Positions 24,601-39,197 are shown, numbered from the stretch's first letter. The stretch: DNA of 64,000 nt from Azolla caroliniana (GCA_043228905.1 JBHGNT010000008.1:13392001-13456000); one strand, 5' to 3'. Made by a program: numbers and translations. Notes: generated from the sequence alone by a model not told the origin.

Positions 24601-27600
24601 GCATATGACTCTTGGATTCGGGTGCATCCTTTCATGTGACCCCTCATCGATCCCAATTTTGGCAATACTCGGCCTGACATTCCGACTCAGTCAGAGTTGG
24701 AAATTCGCTGCACTGTGCGATTATCGGAATCGACACAGTAGAGCTCGACCTTCCGGGTGCCTCTACATTGGTACTACACAATGTCCGGCACATACCTGAA
24801 CTCTCAAGACCTTTCATCTTAGTCGGTCAATTGGACGAACACGGCATCCGTGCCAACTTCTCATTAGGAGGGTGGACACTTCATAGGGGAAACCTCCTAC
24901 TTGCTCGAGGACTAAAAGTACACTCATTGTACCCGTTATATGTCACACTCAGAGAGGGTGACTTATTCTTGGTTGACATTCTCGTGTCATCACTTTGGCA
25001 TGGACAACTCGGACACCTCTGCAAGGCCGGCATCATGCATTTGTCTAGAGCCGGATACATCCCTAAACTCTCCTTCTCTGGTCATCAGTTTTGTGAGCAT
25101 TCCTAGTATGACAAACAGATAGCCGCATCACATCCGGTATCAACACCGAGAGAATAGAGTCCCCTCGATTTGGTCCACTTGAACGTCTATGGCCCCATGC
25201 CACATCAGTCTCTCGGGGGTGCCTTGTATTTCGTTAGCTTATTGAAGACTCGACTTAGAAGGTGTGGGCATACCTAATTAAAACTAAAGATCGAGTGTTC
25301 TCAATTTTTTCCGATTGGCTCGCTATGGCCGAAAATCAATCTGGCCGAAAACTGAAATGCTTTCGCACCGATAATGGAGGAGAGTTCAAATCTGAAGAAT
25401 TCATTAGATTCTGCCGACAACGCATTGTACGATGTGAATATAGAGAACCCCACAGTTTGGAGCAGAATGGAATTGCCGAGCGGATGAATCAAACAATTCA
25501 AGAAGGGATAGTTTTCATGCTCCAACAGCCCGGACTATCGGATGGCTTCTACGCATAGGCACTACTTATGGTAGTACACATAATCAATATGTCTCCTAGT
25601 AGGCCTCTAAGACTTTGGATACCTCAGGAACTATGGAACGACAGCAAGCCGAATTTCGACAAGCTGAGGATTTTTGGATGCGAGGCATATGCCCTCACAC
25701 CGAAAGATGATTGCCGAAAACTTACACCAAGGTCCAGGAAATGTATTTTCCTCGGTTACGGACCAGATGGTGAAATTGGCTACTGACTCTGGAACCTTGA
25801 GCACAGACAGATCATCCAAAGTTCGGACGTAGTATTCAATGCGTTAGCCATGTATCAATCAGCCGAAAAGCCGATCGACGTTCGAAGGGTAATTTTTTCG
25901 GATGTGTCAACCCTTCACGAAGGCCCAACATAGAACACAAGATCGACTTCACGGGTAGCCGACACCTCTAGTACCGACTCGACAGAATCTGATTCGACAC
26001 AACCGAATGTTTCGGTTTCTGACCGTCCGACTTCGACATCCGATCCGACTAGTCCAGTCATAGCTTGAAGATCCGAGAGACTGTCGCAACCCCTAGAGAG
26101 ATACTCTCATGGAATCTTCTTTACGGAAGCCGGAGAACTGATGTCATACAAAGAGGCATCGACATCTTCCGATTCAGCCACTTGGCATCTGGCAATGGAG
26201 TCCGAGATGAATTCCATTTGATCAAACCAAACTTGAGACTTGCTCGAACTACTAAAAAATTGATGTGCTCTTCCGTGCAAATGGGTCAATAGAATTAAAG
26301 AGATGTTTGATTTGGCAACCCCAAAATTCAAGGCTAGATTAGTTTTGAAAGGGTTTCGACAGGAATATGGCATCGATTTCGACAAATTTTTTTCACCAGT
26401 GCTGAAAATGAGAACCCTCTGCTTTATGCTCGACGTCGTGGCAGCCGAGAATTTGGAGCTGATTCAGCTAGATTTCAAAACGGCATTCCTCCATGGTGAT
26501 CTAGAGGAGGAAATTTATATGGAGTAGCCGAAAGGCTTCATTGAACCCGACCAAGAACACCTAGTCTACTGATTGAGGAGGAGTCTTTACGGCTTGAAAC
26601 AGGGACTACGATAGTGGTATAAGAAGTTCGATGACGTCATTTAGTCGGTTGGCTTCTCAAAGAGTGATGAGGACCACTGTCTCTTCACAAAAACAACTCG
26701 AGATGGGTCACCCATCTTCCTCATCATCTACGTGGACGACATGCTTGCCGAACTCGTTCGACAACTGCGGTTGAAGTTTGCCATGAAGGACCTCGGTCTG
26801 GCAAGACACATTCTTGGCATGAAGATTAGTGGGAATCGAAATCGAAAACAATTGTTTTTGTCCCAATCCGACTATATTACCCATGTCCTCGAACGCTTCA
26901 ACATGCAATCGGCTAAATTAGCTTCGACCCCACTCCCCATTAGCCGTTGAGACAACCTGACATCCGGTTTGGAAGGGGACATTATGAAGTCGGTACCGTA
27001 TGCACCGACACTCGGCTCCTTGATGTAGGCGATGGTCGTGACACGGCTTGACATTGCTCACGCCATAGGAGTCGTCAGCAGATTCATGCACAACCCTGGC
27101 TAATCGCACTGGAACACATTAAAGCATGCGTTCAGATATCTGGTGGGCACAAAAGACCTTGGCATTGTATTCGGCCCAACTAACACCTCACATGTAGTAT
27201 GCTATACCGACTCAGACTTTGCTAGCTATGTGGACATTCGAAAATCGACAACTGGTTACTGCTTTTAAATTCGGCAATGGAGCAATCTCATGGAAATCGA
27301 AACTTCAGGAGTGCACTGCCACATCAACGACCGATGCCGAATACGTAGCTATGTCTGATGTGGCGAAAGAGGCCTTATGGCACGGTCGGTTGGCTTGCAC
27401 GTTTCGACATGTCGAACTTGACTCGGTTCCAGTTGTCTACAGTGACAATCAGGGTGTTGTCGCTTTGTCCAAAAATCCGGTTCATCACAATGCCTCGAAG
27501 CACATCGATGTTCGATATCACTTTGTTCGGAACTGCATAATTTTAGGGAAAATCGGCCTCGGGAAGATATCTACAACCGATAATGTTATAGATGGGATGA

Positions 27601-28204
27601 CCAAGTGTCTTTTGGCGGATCAATTCTGATCCCTTTGGCAGCAGATGGGCATAACGAAGAATCAGCCCGATCAAGTCGAACACTTAGGATGTTTTCGAAC
27701 AATTGACTTTGACAGTTCGAAGTTCGGTTTTAGCTTCCCTAAGCTCGGCCAGTTCAGCCTTTAGTGTTTCGAAGTTCACCGACTCGAACGAAATTTTAAA
27801 CCCTAAACCCTAAACTTTGAATCAATCTGTATTGTACATTTATTTTGATTTATAGAATTTCGATGTGTACGCCCATTACGGGGGAGTGTTGAATGCGGGT
27901 CTCTAATGAACATATTCACATTGTCTCCTTTTGAACACACTAGGTTTAGGCTATTTATGTAAATAGTGAGAAGGGCAGTTTCCCTAAGTCAGTCAGTATA
28001 TAAAGTGACTTTGTAACCTACTTTGGTGGTTGGTTGAAATATAGCTTATCTTGTGCCAACATCTCTCTCTTGCGTTCTTGTTTTGTTCTTGCTGATTGAT
28101 TCTGTCTCTAGTTGCCATCAATCTACATTGCTTGCATCCACTTATGATCCTCACATGAGGAGAGTGTTGAGATTGTTCCGCAACTAGACGGCCCGTTCCC
28201 AACA

Positions 28205-29275
28205 CCTTGTTCCTCAGTCGGCCCTTGATTTTGCCTATTATCTACGCGGCCTTTTGGCTCAAATTCGACTTCTATTCGATTCGGTCGAGCATCGACTCAG
28301 CTCAAATCGGTGGTTAGAGGCCTATTCTCCATCTCACAATCTCCAATCATCTTTTCTTCAATGAAGAGGTTATGTCGGCTCCTAATCACCTTCTTGTCAA
28401 TTAGGTCGCATAGCCGATACTCGAATTCATCTTTGCAGTAGCCGAGAAATAGACATGGTCGGCTCTTAGGATCAAGTTTTCCCCTCTAGTCCTTAGCAAT
28501 ATACACATAGGCCAGGCAACCAAACACCCTTAGATGCCAATATGACACCTCTTTGCCGAAGCACACTCTTTGTGGTATATCACCTTCCAAGGGTACCAAG
28601 GGAGGCCTGTTTATCACATAAACGGCTGTCAATAGTGCCTCGACCTAGTATATTTTTGGCAATTTCGTGTGTGCCAACATACATCAAACTCTCTCCATGA
28701 TAGTTCGGTTCAATCGCTTGGCCATTCCATTTAGCTCTAGCATCTTCGACGCTATGTACTCTAGTCAAATACCTTGAGATCGGCAGTATACCTCGAATTC
28801 CCCTTGGTATTCTCCGCCATTGTCTATTCAGACCGCTTTTAGCTTTCGGCCAGTTTCTCTCTCGGCTCTCACTTGGAACTCCTTGAAGACACTCAGTACT
28901 TGATCCTTCCTCTTTAGCATGTAAGCCCACAACTTATGACTGTGATCATCTATGAAGGTTACAAAGTATTGTGCACCAACATGTGACTTTGCATCTACAT
29001 AACATACATATGTGTGTACGAGTTCCAAAATGCAGCTTCCGTCCGAATTGGGGGCCTCGGTTGGAACGCGGCTTTGTTCTATTTGTTGGCCAGGAAATCA
29101 ACATATTGATCCAAATGCACTTTCTTCACCTCCGGCAAGAGTTCTTTTTCGGCCAACATTTGGATTCCCTTCTGGCTCATGTGGCATAGTCTCTTGTCCC
29201 ACAACTCACCCGTTGTGTCGACTGCCACGTTCACTTTGTTTCAACATAATTGAGCATGCATCAAATACAATGTTC
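28205..29275 (-). mobile_element. Ty1/copia element A, integrase part, 5'-truncated
   Basis: ORF 28828..29028 (YFVTFIDDHSHKLWAY) is integrase. It joins 1457 across the TSD tcttg/ccttg and ends abruptly against element D. Confidence 0.85.
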
Positions 29276-32200
29276 GGACCGGAAAGGCTCAGATCGGAAG
29301 GGAACGTCGGCAATCGCGACAAGTGAAGAAGAATTGTTGCTCATCACCAAGGAGAATGAGTTAAACCTTGTCGGAGAGGAGAATGGGTTGTCAATTCGGG
29401 AGCATCCTTCCACTTGACACCGGACCGGAGATGCTTCTCATCCTACACCACTGGAGATCACGGTTCTGTCTGGAAGGGCAATGAATGGACCTGCTGAATC
29501 ATTGGCATAAGAGATGTGTTGTTGACGACATCAACTGGATGCAAGTAGCTGCTAAAAGATGTTCGACACGTTCCGGAGGTTTGGTTGAACTTGATATCAG
29601 CCGGAATGGAGTCATGAAGTTCAACAAGGGAAGCCTAATTGTGATATGCCGGGAAGTAGTGAACATAGCATCTGACAATGTCGATGAGTTGTGACACAAG
29701 AGACTATGTCATATGAGCCAGGATGAGAAGTATTTGCGAAGATAACCTCATTCCGGAGGTGAAAGACGTGCATCTTGAGAAGTGCACCGATTTCTTGGCC
29801 GGCAAGAAAAACCGAACCTCGTTCCGGTCAAGACCACCAATGAGACGGAATGCACCACTGGAGCTGGTGCATATCGATGTCTGAAAAGTGGACATGAAGT
29901 CACATGCTGGATCGTTGTACTTCGTGATGTTCATAGACCACCACAGTCGGAAGCTGTAGATCTCACCAATGAAGACGAAGTATTAGGTGTTGTCCGGCTT
30001 CCAAGAGGTCCACGTGAGAGTGGAAAGGGAGACCGGCTAGAAGCTAAAGGAGGTTCGAGTAGATAACATAGGCGAATACCGGGGGCAGTTCGAGGAGTAT
30101 TGCCAGTCGAAGGGAATCCGGCTCGAATTCACGGTGCCGAAGACGCTAGAATTGAACGGCCTCGTTGAACGGATGACCCGGACTATAATGGAGAGAGTCC
30201 AAATCATGCTAGCACATGCAAAGTTACCCAAGAAGTTTTGAGTTGAGGTGTTGATGATTGCGACGTATGTGATTAACAGATCACCCTTGGCACCCTTGGA
30301 AGGAGACACACCACAGAGAGTATGGACTAGTAAAGACATGTCTTAGCGGCATCTGAAGGTGTTTGGGTGTCTCGCATATGTACAAGTCACAAAGGACAAG
30401 AGAGCAAAGTTGGACCCGAAGTCCTGGCCGTGCATATTCTGTGGATACGGCGATGATGAGTTTGGTTACCGAGTGTGGGATATGGTCGACAAGAAGGTGT
30501 TCCGGAGTCGGGACATAGTCTTCATGGAAGACAAGACCATTGCTGACTGGGAGTCGGAGAAGAAGATGATGAACTCCGGATCAACCAACGAAGGACACAA
30601 GGACTTACTCGGTTGAAAACCGAAAGTTAGCCGGCAACCGGATGACACTCGATGAACCGACCAAATTCGGACAAGAAACCGAACCGACCAAAGATGATGA
30701 AGAAGAAGACACCGAAATTGGACAAGATCCCAAATCGGATAAGGATGAGGAACAGACGGAGGAACCGGTTGCCGAAAACCAAGGTCGGAGATATCCTCAC
30801 AGAGAGAGAAGGTGCCCCCGGAGATTCCAGATGCAGAACATATGCTGTTGACCGATGAGAGGGAGCCAGAAAGCTTCGAGTAAGCAAGGAAAGACACCCA
30901 CAGCCGCAAGTGGTTAAGTGCCATGTAGGACGAGATGGATTCCTTGCATGAGAACCACACATACGAACTAACGGAGTTGCCAAAAGGAAAGAGGGCACTT
31001 CGGAACAAGTGGGTATACAAGCTGAAACCAGGAGATGCCAGAAATCCATGAAGGTACAAAGCTTGGATCGTGGTGAAGGGGTTCCTGCAGAGGAAAGGAG
31101 TGGATTTCGACGAGATCTTTGCCCTGGTAGTCAAGATGACCTCCATCCGGACAGTGCTGAACACAGCGGCAAGTATGAACCTTAAGGTCGAGCGGCTGGA
31201 CGTCAAAATGACATTCCTTCATGGGGACCTCGAGCAAGAGATCTACATGCAGCAACCAAAGGGATTTGTGAAGAAAGGGAAGGAGCACCTGGTATGCCGG
31301 CTGAAGAAGACCCTACACGGACTGAAGAAAACACCCCGATAATGGTACGGGAAGTTCGAGTCCTTCATGACAGAACAAGGGTACCTCAAAACGCAAGCTG
31401 ACCACTGCATGTTCATGAAGAAATTTGACAGAGGCGACTTCTTGGTACTCCTATTATATGTGGATGACATGTTGATCCATGGACGAAACCGTATCAAGAT
31501 CCAAATGCTGAAGAAGGCCTTGAACTAGACCATCTCAATGAAAGTTTTGGGTCCGGCAAGACAGATACTTGGGATGCACATCATCCGGGATCGGTCGAAG
31601 AAGCTGTTGTGGTTGTCATAGGAGAAATACGTGACAAATGTGCTTCAATGGTTGAACATGTCGGAGGCGAAACCGGCTGGATCGATACTACCGGAAAATT
31701 GCAAGTTGTCCGAAAAGCAGAGTTCGAAGACAAAGGCAGAGAAGTTGGTCTTCATCTGGATATGTCATGACTTATGTAGGAGGAGTAGTATCGTGACAGT
31801 CAAGGCTGAAGAAGTCCCTTTCACTGTCGACAACGGAAGCGGAGTACATGGTAGCTGTGGAAGCCGGCAAGGAAGTAATCTAGATGAAGGACTTTATTGG
31901 AGAGCTAGGGATTCGGAAGAAGGAATTCCTGATCTACTGCGACAATCAAAGTGCTATCCACCTTGCGAAGAATGTGGCCTACAATTGCCGAACCAAGCAC
32001 ATCCAGAGAAGATATCATTGGCTTCTGGAGAAGGTAGAAGATCAAGACTTCGTGCTGACGAAGATCCACACGAAGAAGAACGAATCGGATATGCTGACCA
32101 AGGTGCTATAAATCGACAAGTTGGACGTGTGCCGAAGAAGAATTGGACTAACAAGAAATCCCATGCTGGAGTGAAGGGGGAGTTTGTTTGGAATTCGGTC

Positions 32201-32717
32201 CCTTCGGATAAGAATCGGAGGAGCCAGATCGGACGAGTCAGATGAAGGAACCGGATCCAGAAGGATTTCCGGATGAGACCCGGAAACCGGATCGAGTGAA
32301 TCCGGATGGATCCGGTGCAAACTCGATCCAAGGATATATGTGTAAATATGTTTCACGGTGAGCCTATTCAGGCTATATTTGTAAATAGCCCAAAATTCAG
32401 ATAAGTATAAATATGACTTAGGGCAATCACTTTATTGTTAGTAGTTGTTGTATCATCGTTGTACACTGAACGTGAGAAATAGAGAGAGTGTGAGATACAG
32501 AATTAGTTTATGTTTTAACCACCAGTTGGTGAAGACATAGAGGTCGAGGTCGTTGCCTCTATCTGAGTCTCCTGTTGGAGGTCCTTCCTCATATAGTGAT
32601 AGTTGGAGCTTGTGGGCTCCTGTGTTTTTTTCCCTGTTAGGTTTTTTCATGTAAACATCTTGTGTCGTCTCTTCGGTGTAAGTGTACGAACCTCCACTTC
32701 TATTTTTGGTTCTTTCA
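29276..32717 (+). mobile_element. Ty1/copia element D, 5'-truncated and decayed, with 3' LTR at about 32185-32717
   Basis: PR/INT/RT/RH fragments (30359..30616, 31070..31342, 31884..32111). PPT gaagggggagtt directly before TGTTTGG. The LTR right end is inferred from similarity to the B LTR. Confidence 0.85.
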
Positions 32718-35649
32718 TAAAGAGTTTTGAGTCTCGGTTGTGGTCGAGCGCTATTCCTCATAGATGTGTAGGAGAACGATGTGAAGATTCTGCAGAAAGA
32801 GAGCTCAAGAAAAGGGCAATCAAGAGCAAGAACCCTTTTTGGAAGTGAAGATGGAGATCTCATGCGGTGTTGTCCGGACTACCCAAGGAGTCGACCACAC
32901 TCTTATGTTTACCCGTAACAGGTTTATTTGTTCTGTGGTTTTTTTGAGTTTCTTCTTGTTATTCATTTCACATGTTAGGGTGAATATTGTAACCAAGGTT
33001 GTAGCCTTGAAATATGTGTGTATGCCTCTAAAGTGTTAGCTCTAGAGGCTGTCAACACCTCGTATACTCAGAAAATAGTGAATCTGTTTCAAAACCTAAG
33101 GTTCCCGTGGTTTTTCCCATTTTTGGGTTTTCCACGTTAAATCTCGGTGTACTCTCATTTTTTTCTTGTGGTTTCATCTATTTGGAATTTGGTGTTGGTA
33201 GTGCAAATAATCCCGATTCAGATCCATATTCCCATTAAGTGGTATCAGAGGTGAGGTTCATACCCTCCACAAAGATTTACTATATGGATGAATCATTAGG
33301 CGGGATGATTAAGTTGACCGGACCCAACTACTCCATTTGGAAATCCAAAATGAGAGACATGTTGGTGTATAAGGACATGTGGTTGCCCGCACGACATGGT
33401 GCAAGCAAACCTGAGAACATAGATGCATCACCTTCGGAAGCAATGCATCTAAAAACAACATCATACATAGGTTGTTTTATAGACATGAGTCTATATAACA
33501 ATTTCGATGATCAAACCAAAGCACACGAATTATGGGGGAAAATCGAAACCATGTTTTAGACCAAAAAGACCTTAAATAGAGTGTCTATGTTTAGGAAACT
33601 TGCAAGACTTAGATACTGTGAATGTTAATGTGCAGAAGCGTCAGACAGGACCGGCTCAGCCGGATAGCAACAGAAAATGAGATGAAGGTTTAATGGAAAA
33701 TCTTAAAACATAGAGGAGACAGAGAGAGCAGAACATAAAACTATATTAAAAAATTAACTCTAAAAACTCTGTACATACAATGTGCTAAACAACATTATTT
33801 ATACAAGTCCATAAAGGATTGACAGGTACTTCAATGCTCACGCGTGCGATTGACACTAACTACGAGACAACGATTACCTAGTAGTTTAGGCTACAACTAG
33901 GCTTCCAGTTCCCGCTCGAATCTGGCTCTCTGATCCGGCCGGTTGTTTCCAAATACCATTTGGATACCATCCGGATACCGATCCGGTTCATCCTTCCGGA
34001 TGCCGATCCGGCTCAGGCTTATTCAACTGATCCGGATCCGGTTGAGCTTCCTCGCTCAACACTCCCCCTCAAGCTCAACTTGAGATCGAATCGTGGTGTT
34101 GGTGTCCGTGGCAGCCGGTTCTTCTACCCGGCTCCTTTTGGCGTTGCTTCCCCTCACTCGCGTTCCGCGTTCAGTCCGGTCTTGTTTGCCATGACCCTTC
34201 TGGTTCTGCGCGCCTCGACCTCCTTGGTCGTCTTGTCTGCTCAACATGCCTATTTCAGCTCCCTCGCTGATGTGACTCCGACGCTTGTCGACCTGTCAGT
34301 TCCTTCATGTTGGCATCGACTTCCGGTGTGTCCATGTCCACTTGGCCTTTAGTTGATCCAACTTCTCCGAATCATGAACTGAATCAGGTTCCTTCGATTT
34401 GTTCCAGCTCTTGTCTGAGTCGGTGTTCTCCAACTTGTCTTCCGGTTTCAAGCCCTTCACCACATTGGACCACATTCGGGTCTTGGCCGTTTTCTTCCAG
34501 TCGGCTTTGTCCTTCTTGACTCTGTCGCCGCTACCGCTTGTTCCGACCTTTTCGGATGTGCCGACTCCTTCGGTCAGCTCGGCTTCCTTTTTCCTCTTGT
34601 CTCCCCCTTTGTTGGTTCTTTCTTCCTATCCGACTCCTTGTCCGGTGCCATCCATTCCCTTTCTTTTTCTCCCCCTCAAGTGCGGCACATCCAGATGTTG
34701 AACACTAAGCATTTCGGTGAAGTGCTGCAACTTGTTTGATCCAAGAGGTTTGGTGAAGATATCGGCAATCTGTCGATCTGTCTAAACATACCAAAGTTCC
34801 ACTTCACCGCTCAAAACTCGCTCATGCACAAAGTGATAGTGAACTTCGATGTGCTTCGTCCGAGCACGGAACACGGGGTTCTTGGCGAGTTCAATGCTGC
34901 TCATGTTGTTACAATAGAGCGGGTTCGGAAACTGCAACAGTCACCGAAGCCAGATTGGTTCACATGTGGCACTGGTAGCGCCCCAGTATTCAGCCTTAGT
35001 GCTCAACAGAGCCACTGTTGGCTGCTTTTTGCTCCTCCATGCAACAGCCACGCTACCCAAAGAAAACATGTAACCGTAGGTGGATTGACGATCCGATGCA
35101 TCACCAACCCAGTTGGCATCGGTATATCCGACTAGCTTCCCAGCTATACCGTGTCGGTATAACAATCCTTAATCCTTCGTGCCGCTAACATACTGTCAGG
35201 AATAGTACTAAAGCAGAGATGGAATTAGTACTAAGAAGAGCAGTACTATTAGTACTAAGAGGACGGGACTGCGTAAGATTCCCGAGAGAGGAAGTGAGAA
35301 GAGGAGAGAGAGAGATAGCGAGGATGAGAGAGAGAGAAAGATGATGACAACAACTAATATATTATGTGAAATGATAAGTACAAAGCGGCTGAGAGGCTTA
35401 AGACTGGCGTTGAACCAATTTGGTTCAACATAATGCTTAGTGCCTTCTTTTATAGTGTTGTCAGGAGTAATCCTAAAACTTCTAGAATGTTCCAGAGAAA
35501 TCTGGAATATACATTACTTTCTTATAATAAAACATAAATGAAAATAAAATCCTATGAATTACAATAGATGGTGTGATGGTTAAGAGCTCAACCCATATAC
35601 CATAAGGTCATGGGTTCCAGTCTTGCCATATCATGACACTATCTCCCCC

Positions 35650-38600
35650 TTAAAGATGACGAGTGGAACGAGTCGGCGCTGATTGCGGACCGGGTTTGTC
35701 CGGATACTTTTGGATGAAATCAGCAAGAAGATCCTGTGCATTGGCAACATGCTCGACGGGTTCCCAAGTACGTTCGCTCGGACTATAACCGAGCCAATCG
35801 ACCAAGTAATAAAGTTTGTTGCGAACAAGTTTGGAATCGAGGATGGCAACAACTTCATACTCAGGGCCGACGTCCAACTCTAGCGGGGGCGGCGGTGGTG
35901 TCACAAGATCAGGAATGGTGTTTGCTTTATAAGGTTCAAGAAGGGAACAATGGAAAACCGGATGTATCTGAAGCTGCGGAGGGAGATCAAGGTGGAATGT
36001 GACATCATTAATCTTACCCGTAATATGGAAGGGACCGAGTCGTCAATAATCCAACTTGTCGCACGGTCGAGTAGTCTTGATGTGACGACGTAAGAGCCAT
36101 ACTCGATCTCCGATGGCAAAAGAGGAGGGAATCCGATGACGATCTGCATAAGTCTTCTGTGTGTGTTGAGCATGACGAAGGTGAGTAGAGAGATCCATCT
36201 GGATCTTGCGTAGCCTCTCCAAATGATCCTCGGCATGAGGGTTGGTAGGTAGCTCCGGGGTGTCGATCACCGACCAGCGAGGATGGAAACCGGTATAAGC
36301 GAAAAATGGGGAGACCCGAGTCAAGGAGTGAATAACATTATTATACGCAAACTCCGCAAAGTGGAGAATCTCGGCCCAATCGTCCTGTTGATAACTCAAG
36401 AAACACTGGAGATATTGCTCCAGTGTTTGGTTTGTTCGTTCCGCCTGCCCGGTCTGAGGATGGTAACCGGAGGAGAGGTTGCAGGAGACCTTGAGTATCT
36501 TGAAGAGATGTTGCCAAAAATTGGAGACAAATTGCGGTCCTCGGTCACTGATGATACTGTCTGGGAGGCCATGATGCCGAAATACCTCACGCATAACAAG
36601 GGAGGCAGTTTCCTCACTAGTAATGGCTTTAGTACACGGCACAAAATGTGCCATCTTCGTATATCGATCGACAACGGTTAGTATAGCATCAAACCCCTTC
36701 GAGACCGGCAGATCTGTGATAAAATCAAGACAAATAGACTGCCACGGCTTACTTGGAATCGGTAAGGGTTCCAACAAGCCATATGGATGGTGTCGTGGCA
36801 TCTTTGCTCGGCAACAAGCATCACAGGTCCGAACGTAGTCGTCGACAAAATGGCGCATGTGGGGCCACCAAAAAGATCGTTACACTAGCTCCAACGTCTT
36901 AGTACTACCGAAATGTCCCGCCGTATGGGTGTCGTGACAATGCTGGACGATTTGAAGGCGACAGGAGCAATCGGGGACATATACGCGCTTTTTAAAGAAT
37001 AACAAACCATCATGATATTAGAATTGTCGGTAGTCAATACCTGGTTGTTGAGACTGAGAACAGGATGCCCGAGAAGTATCAATGTATGCCAGGATGTCTT
37101 GAGCAAAACTATCCGTCTTCAAGGTTGCACGTATGTCATCGGTAATCTGTGAATCCATCGGGGTGTGAAAAATCCGCATCGTGTGCAATCGTGTTGGTCC
37201 CAAGATTACTTGCTTTTGATTATCAAATGTTGCATCACTAGAACGAGGTGCAAGATATGAACGCCGTGATAGTGCATCTGCTTTTCCTTGCTGCTTCCCC
37301 GGTCGATATGTGATTTTGAAGTTGAAACGCGTGAGGAATTGTGCCCACCGAGCTTGCCGTTGATTTAGTACGCGAACGTTCTGAAAATAAGCAAGATTTT
37401 TATGATCGCTAAAGACAATGACCTGATGTCGAGAGCCCTCTAAGAAATGCTGCCATTGCACAAATGAATCCACGATGGCTAATAACTCCTTGTCATGTAT
37501 TTCGTAGTTGATTTCTGCGACATCAAATTTGCTCGAATGGAAAGCCATCAGATGCAACTCTTCTTTATCTCCTTGTTGAGAAAGGATGCTACCGAGGGCG
37601 AAATCTGATGCGTCGGCCTCCATGATGAATGGTTTGCTTGTATCCACATGAGCTAGAATCGGTGCCATAAAGCCATATCTGCTTCGATGGACCACAGAAA
37701 TGCTTGGCCCTTCTTCGTAAGTTGTGTGAGAGGTAAAATAATCTTCGAGTAATTCTGTATAAACTTACGGTAGAAGTTAGCAAAACCTAGAAAACATTGT
37801 ACATCTCGTACCGACCATGGAATTTGCCACTCTAGTACAGTTTGGATTTTAGCTGGATCCATGACGATGCCCTTTGAGGAGATGACGTAGCCTAGAAATT
37901 CCACTTGCTTGCAGTCAAAGCTACATTTTTCTAGCTTGGCATAAAGACCATTCTCGCGGAGTCGCTTTAGTACTAATAGTACATGAGAATCATGCTCTTC
38001 CTGGGTCTTCGAATAAATCAATAGATCATCCGGATAGATGATCAAACAGATATCCAAGAGGTCTCTGAATATATCATTTGCCATGTGTTGGAAGACTGCG
38101 GGTGCATTGGTTAGGCTGAGCGGCATAACAGTATACTCCAAATGCCCATACCGCGTGCGAAAGGCGGTCTTCCATTCATCTCCCGGTCGGATCCACACGA
38201 GGTTATACACTCCTCGTAGGTCGATTTTAGTAAAAAACTTGGCACCATTAACTCCCTTTAAAAGGCTTGATATAAGAGGAAGTGTTACCTATTCCAGATG
38301 GTGACCTTATTCAATCCGCGGTAATCAACGACGAGACGAAGTGAGCAATCTTTCTTCTTGACAAAGAAGATGGGTGCACCGGCCGGAGATTTCGAATGAC
38401 GGATGAACCCGCTTGCCAAGTTCTCCTCTATGTAGGCTCGAAGGACTTCTAACTCGGTGGGTGACAAATTGTAAATTAGTCCCCATGGTGGCTCGGTTCC
38501 TAGTTGTAAATCGATAGGACAGTCATAGGGGCGGTGATGAGGAAGGGTACCGGCTTTTACCTTGTCAAATACATCGGCATAAGGATGATATTTTGCTGGA

Positions 38601-39188
38601 AGTTGTACTGAGGAGTCCTTCTTAATAGTGCTTGAAGGATGTACTGATATTGCAAATAGGAACCTCCTTGTGTGCTTCTTCGCGTAATTGATGGAGTGAA
38701 ATGGTCGAAACTCGGTGAGTAGATTCTTGGGGTGGTCGATATCAGACTTCTCTTGTTCTCCAATCTATGGCTGGATTATGTAATTCAAACCAAGGTAATC
38801 CTAGGACAATGGGATGCTCTGGACTACTAATTATATTAAATGATATTACACACACAAAACTACCTAGGACAACTTGAATGGGTTCTGATTCTTCTACAAT
38901 ATTCCCGGAAGCAATGGGACGACCATCAATGACCACTACAGATGCGGGACAAGGAAGTTTCCTTAGGGATATCTGAGAAGCTTGGGCAAAATTTCGATCC
39001 ATCAAACAGGAATTAGCTCCGGAATCTAAGAGTGCTAGGACGGGTACTGGGGGAGTACTTTTAGTACTAACAATGACTTGGGCTAGGAACACATTGCTAA
39101 CTTGCTTGGAAGGAATGGAACCACTAATGGGCTGTACAGATCTAGGGTTGTTGTCCAACCAAACGGCTCCTATTTTGGATGGACTCAA
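35650..39188 (-). pseudogene. pol: Pol of chromovirus H (PR, RT, RH, INT, chromodomain), frameshifted
   Basis: LLDSGA, WKTAFRT...YPDD, ADASD, DFITDLP...SDRG, YEVVAILDS...YLVDWLGY...TWEP. Confidence 0.9.
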
Positions 39189-39197
39189 TCGTTTAAC
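39153..39197 (-). promoter_or_regulatory. Predicted -1 ribosomal frameshift signal at the gag-pol junction of H
   Basis: G TTA AAC heptamer, 6-nt spacer, then an 11-bp stem with one mismatch (GTCCATCCAAA/TTTGGTTGGAC). The -1 frame is the protease ORF. Confidence 0.72.

Larger units (their letters stand above)
1458..28204 (+). mobile_element. Ty1/copia element C (decayed), interrupted by element B
   Basis: LTRs 1458-1714 and 27887-28204 (TGTT...AACA). TSD tcttg (1453-1457)/ccttg (28205-28209). Degenerate Met PBS tagtattagagc at about 23141. gag from 23827, INT 25262-25786, RT/RH 26303-27629. PPT ggggag before 27887. Confidence 0.9.

Noticed and set aside
27796-27814. Interstitial telomere (AAACCCT)n, also at about 2698 and 2771
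   Set aside because: Only about two units; these are ordinary telo-box-like words inside transposons.
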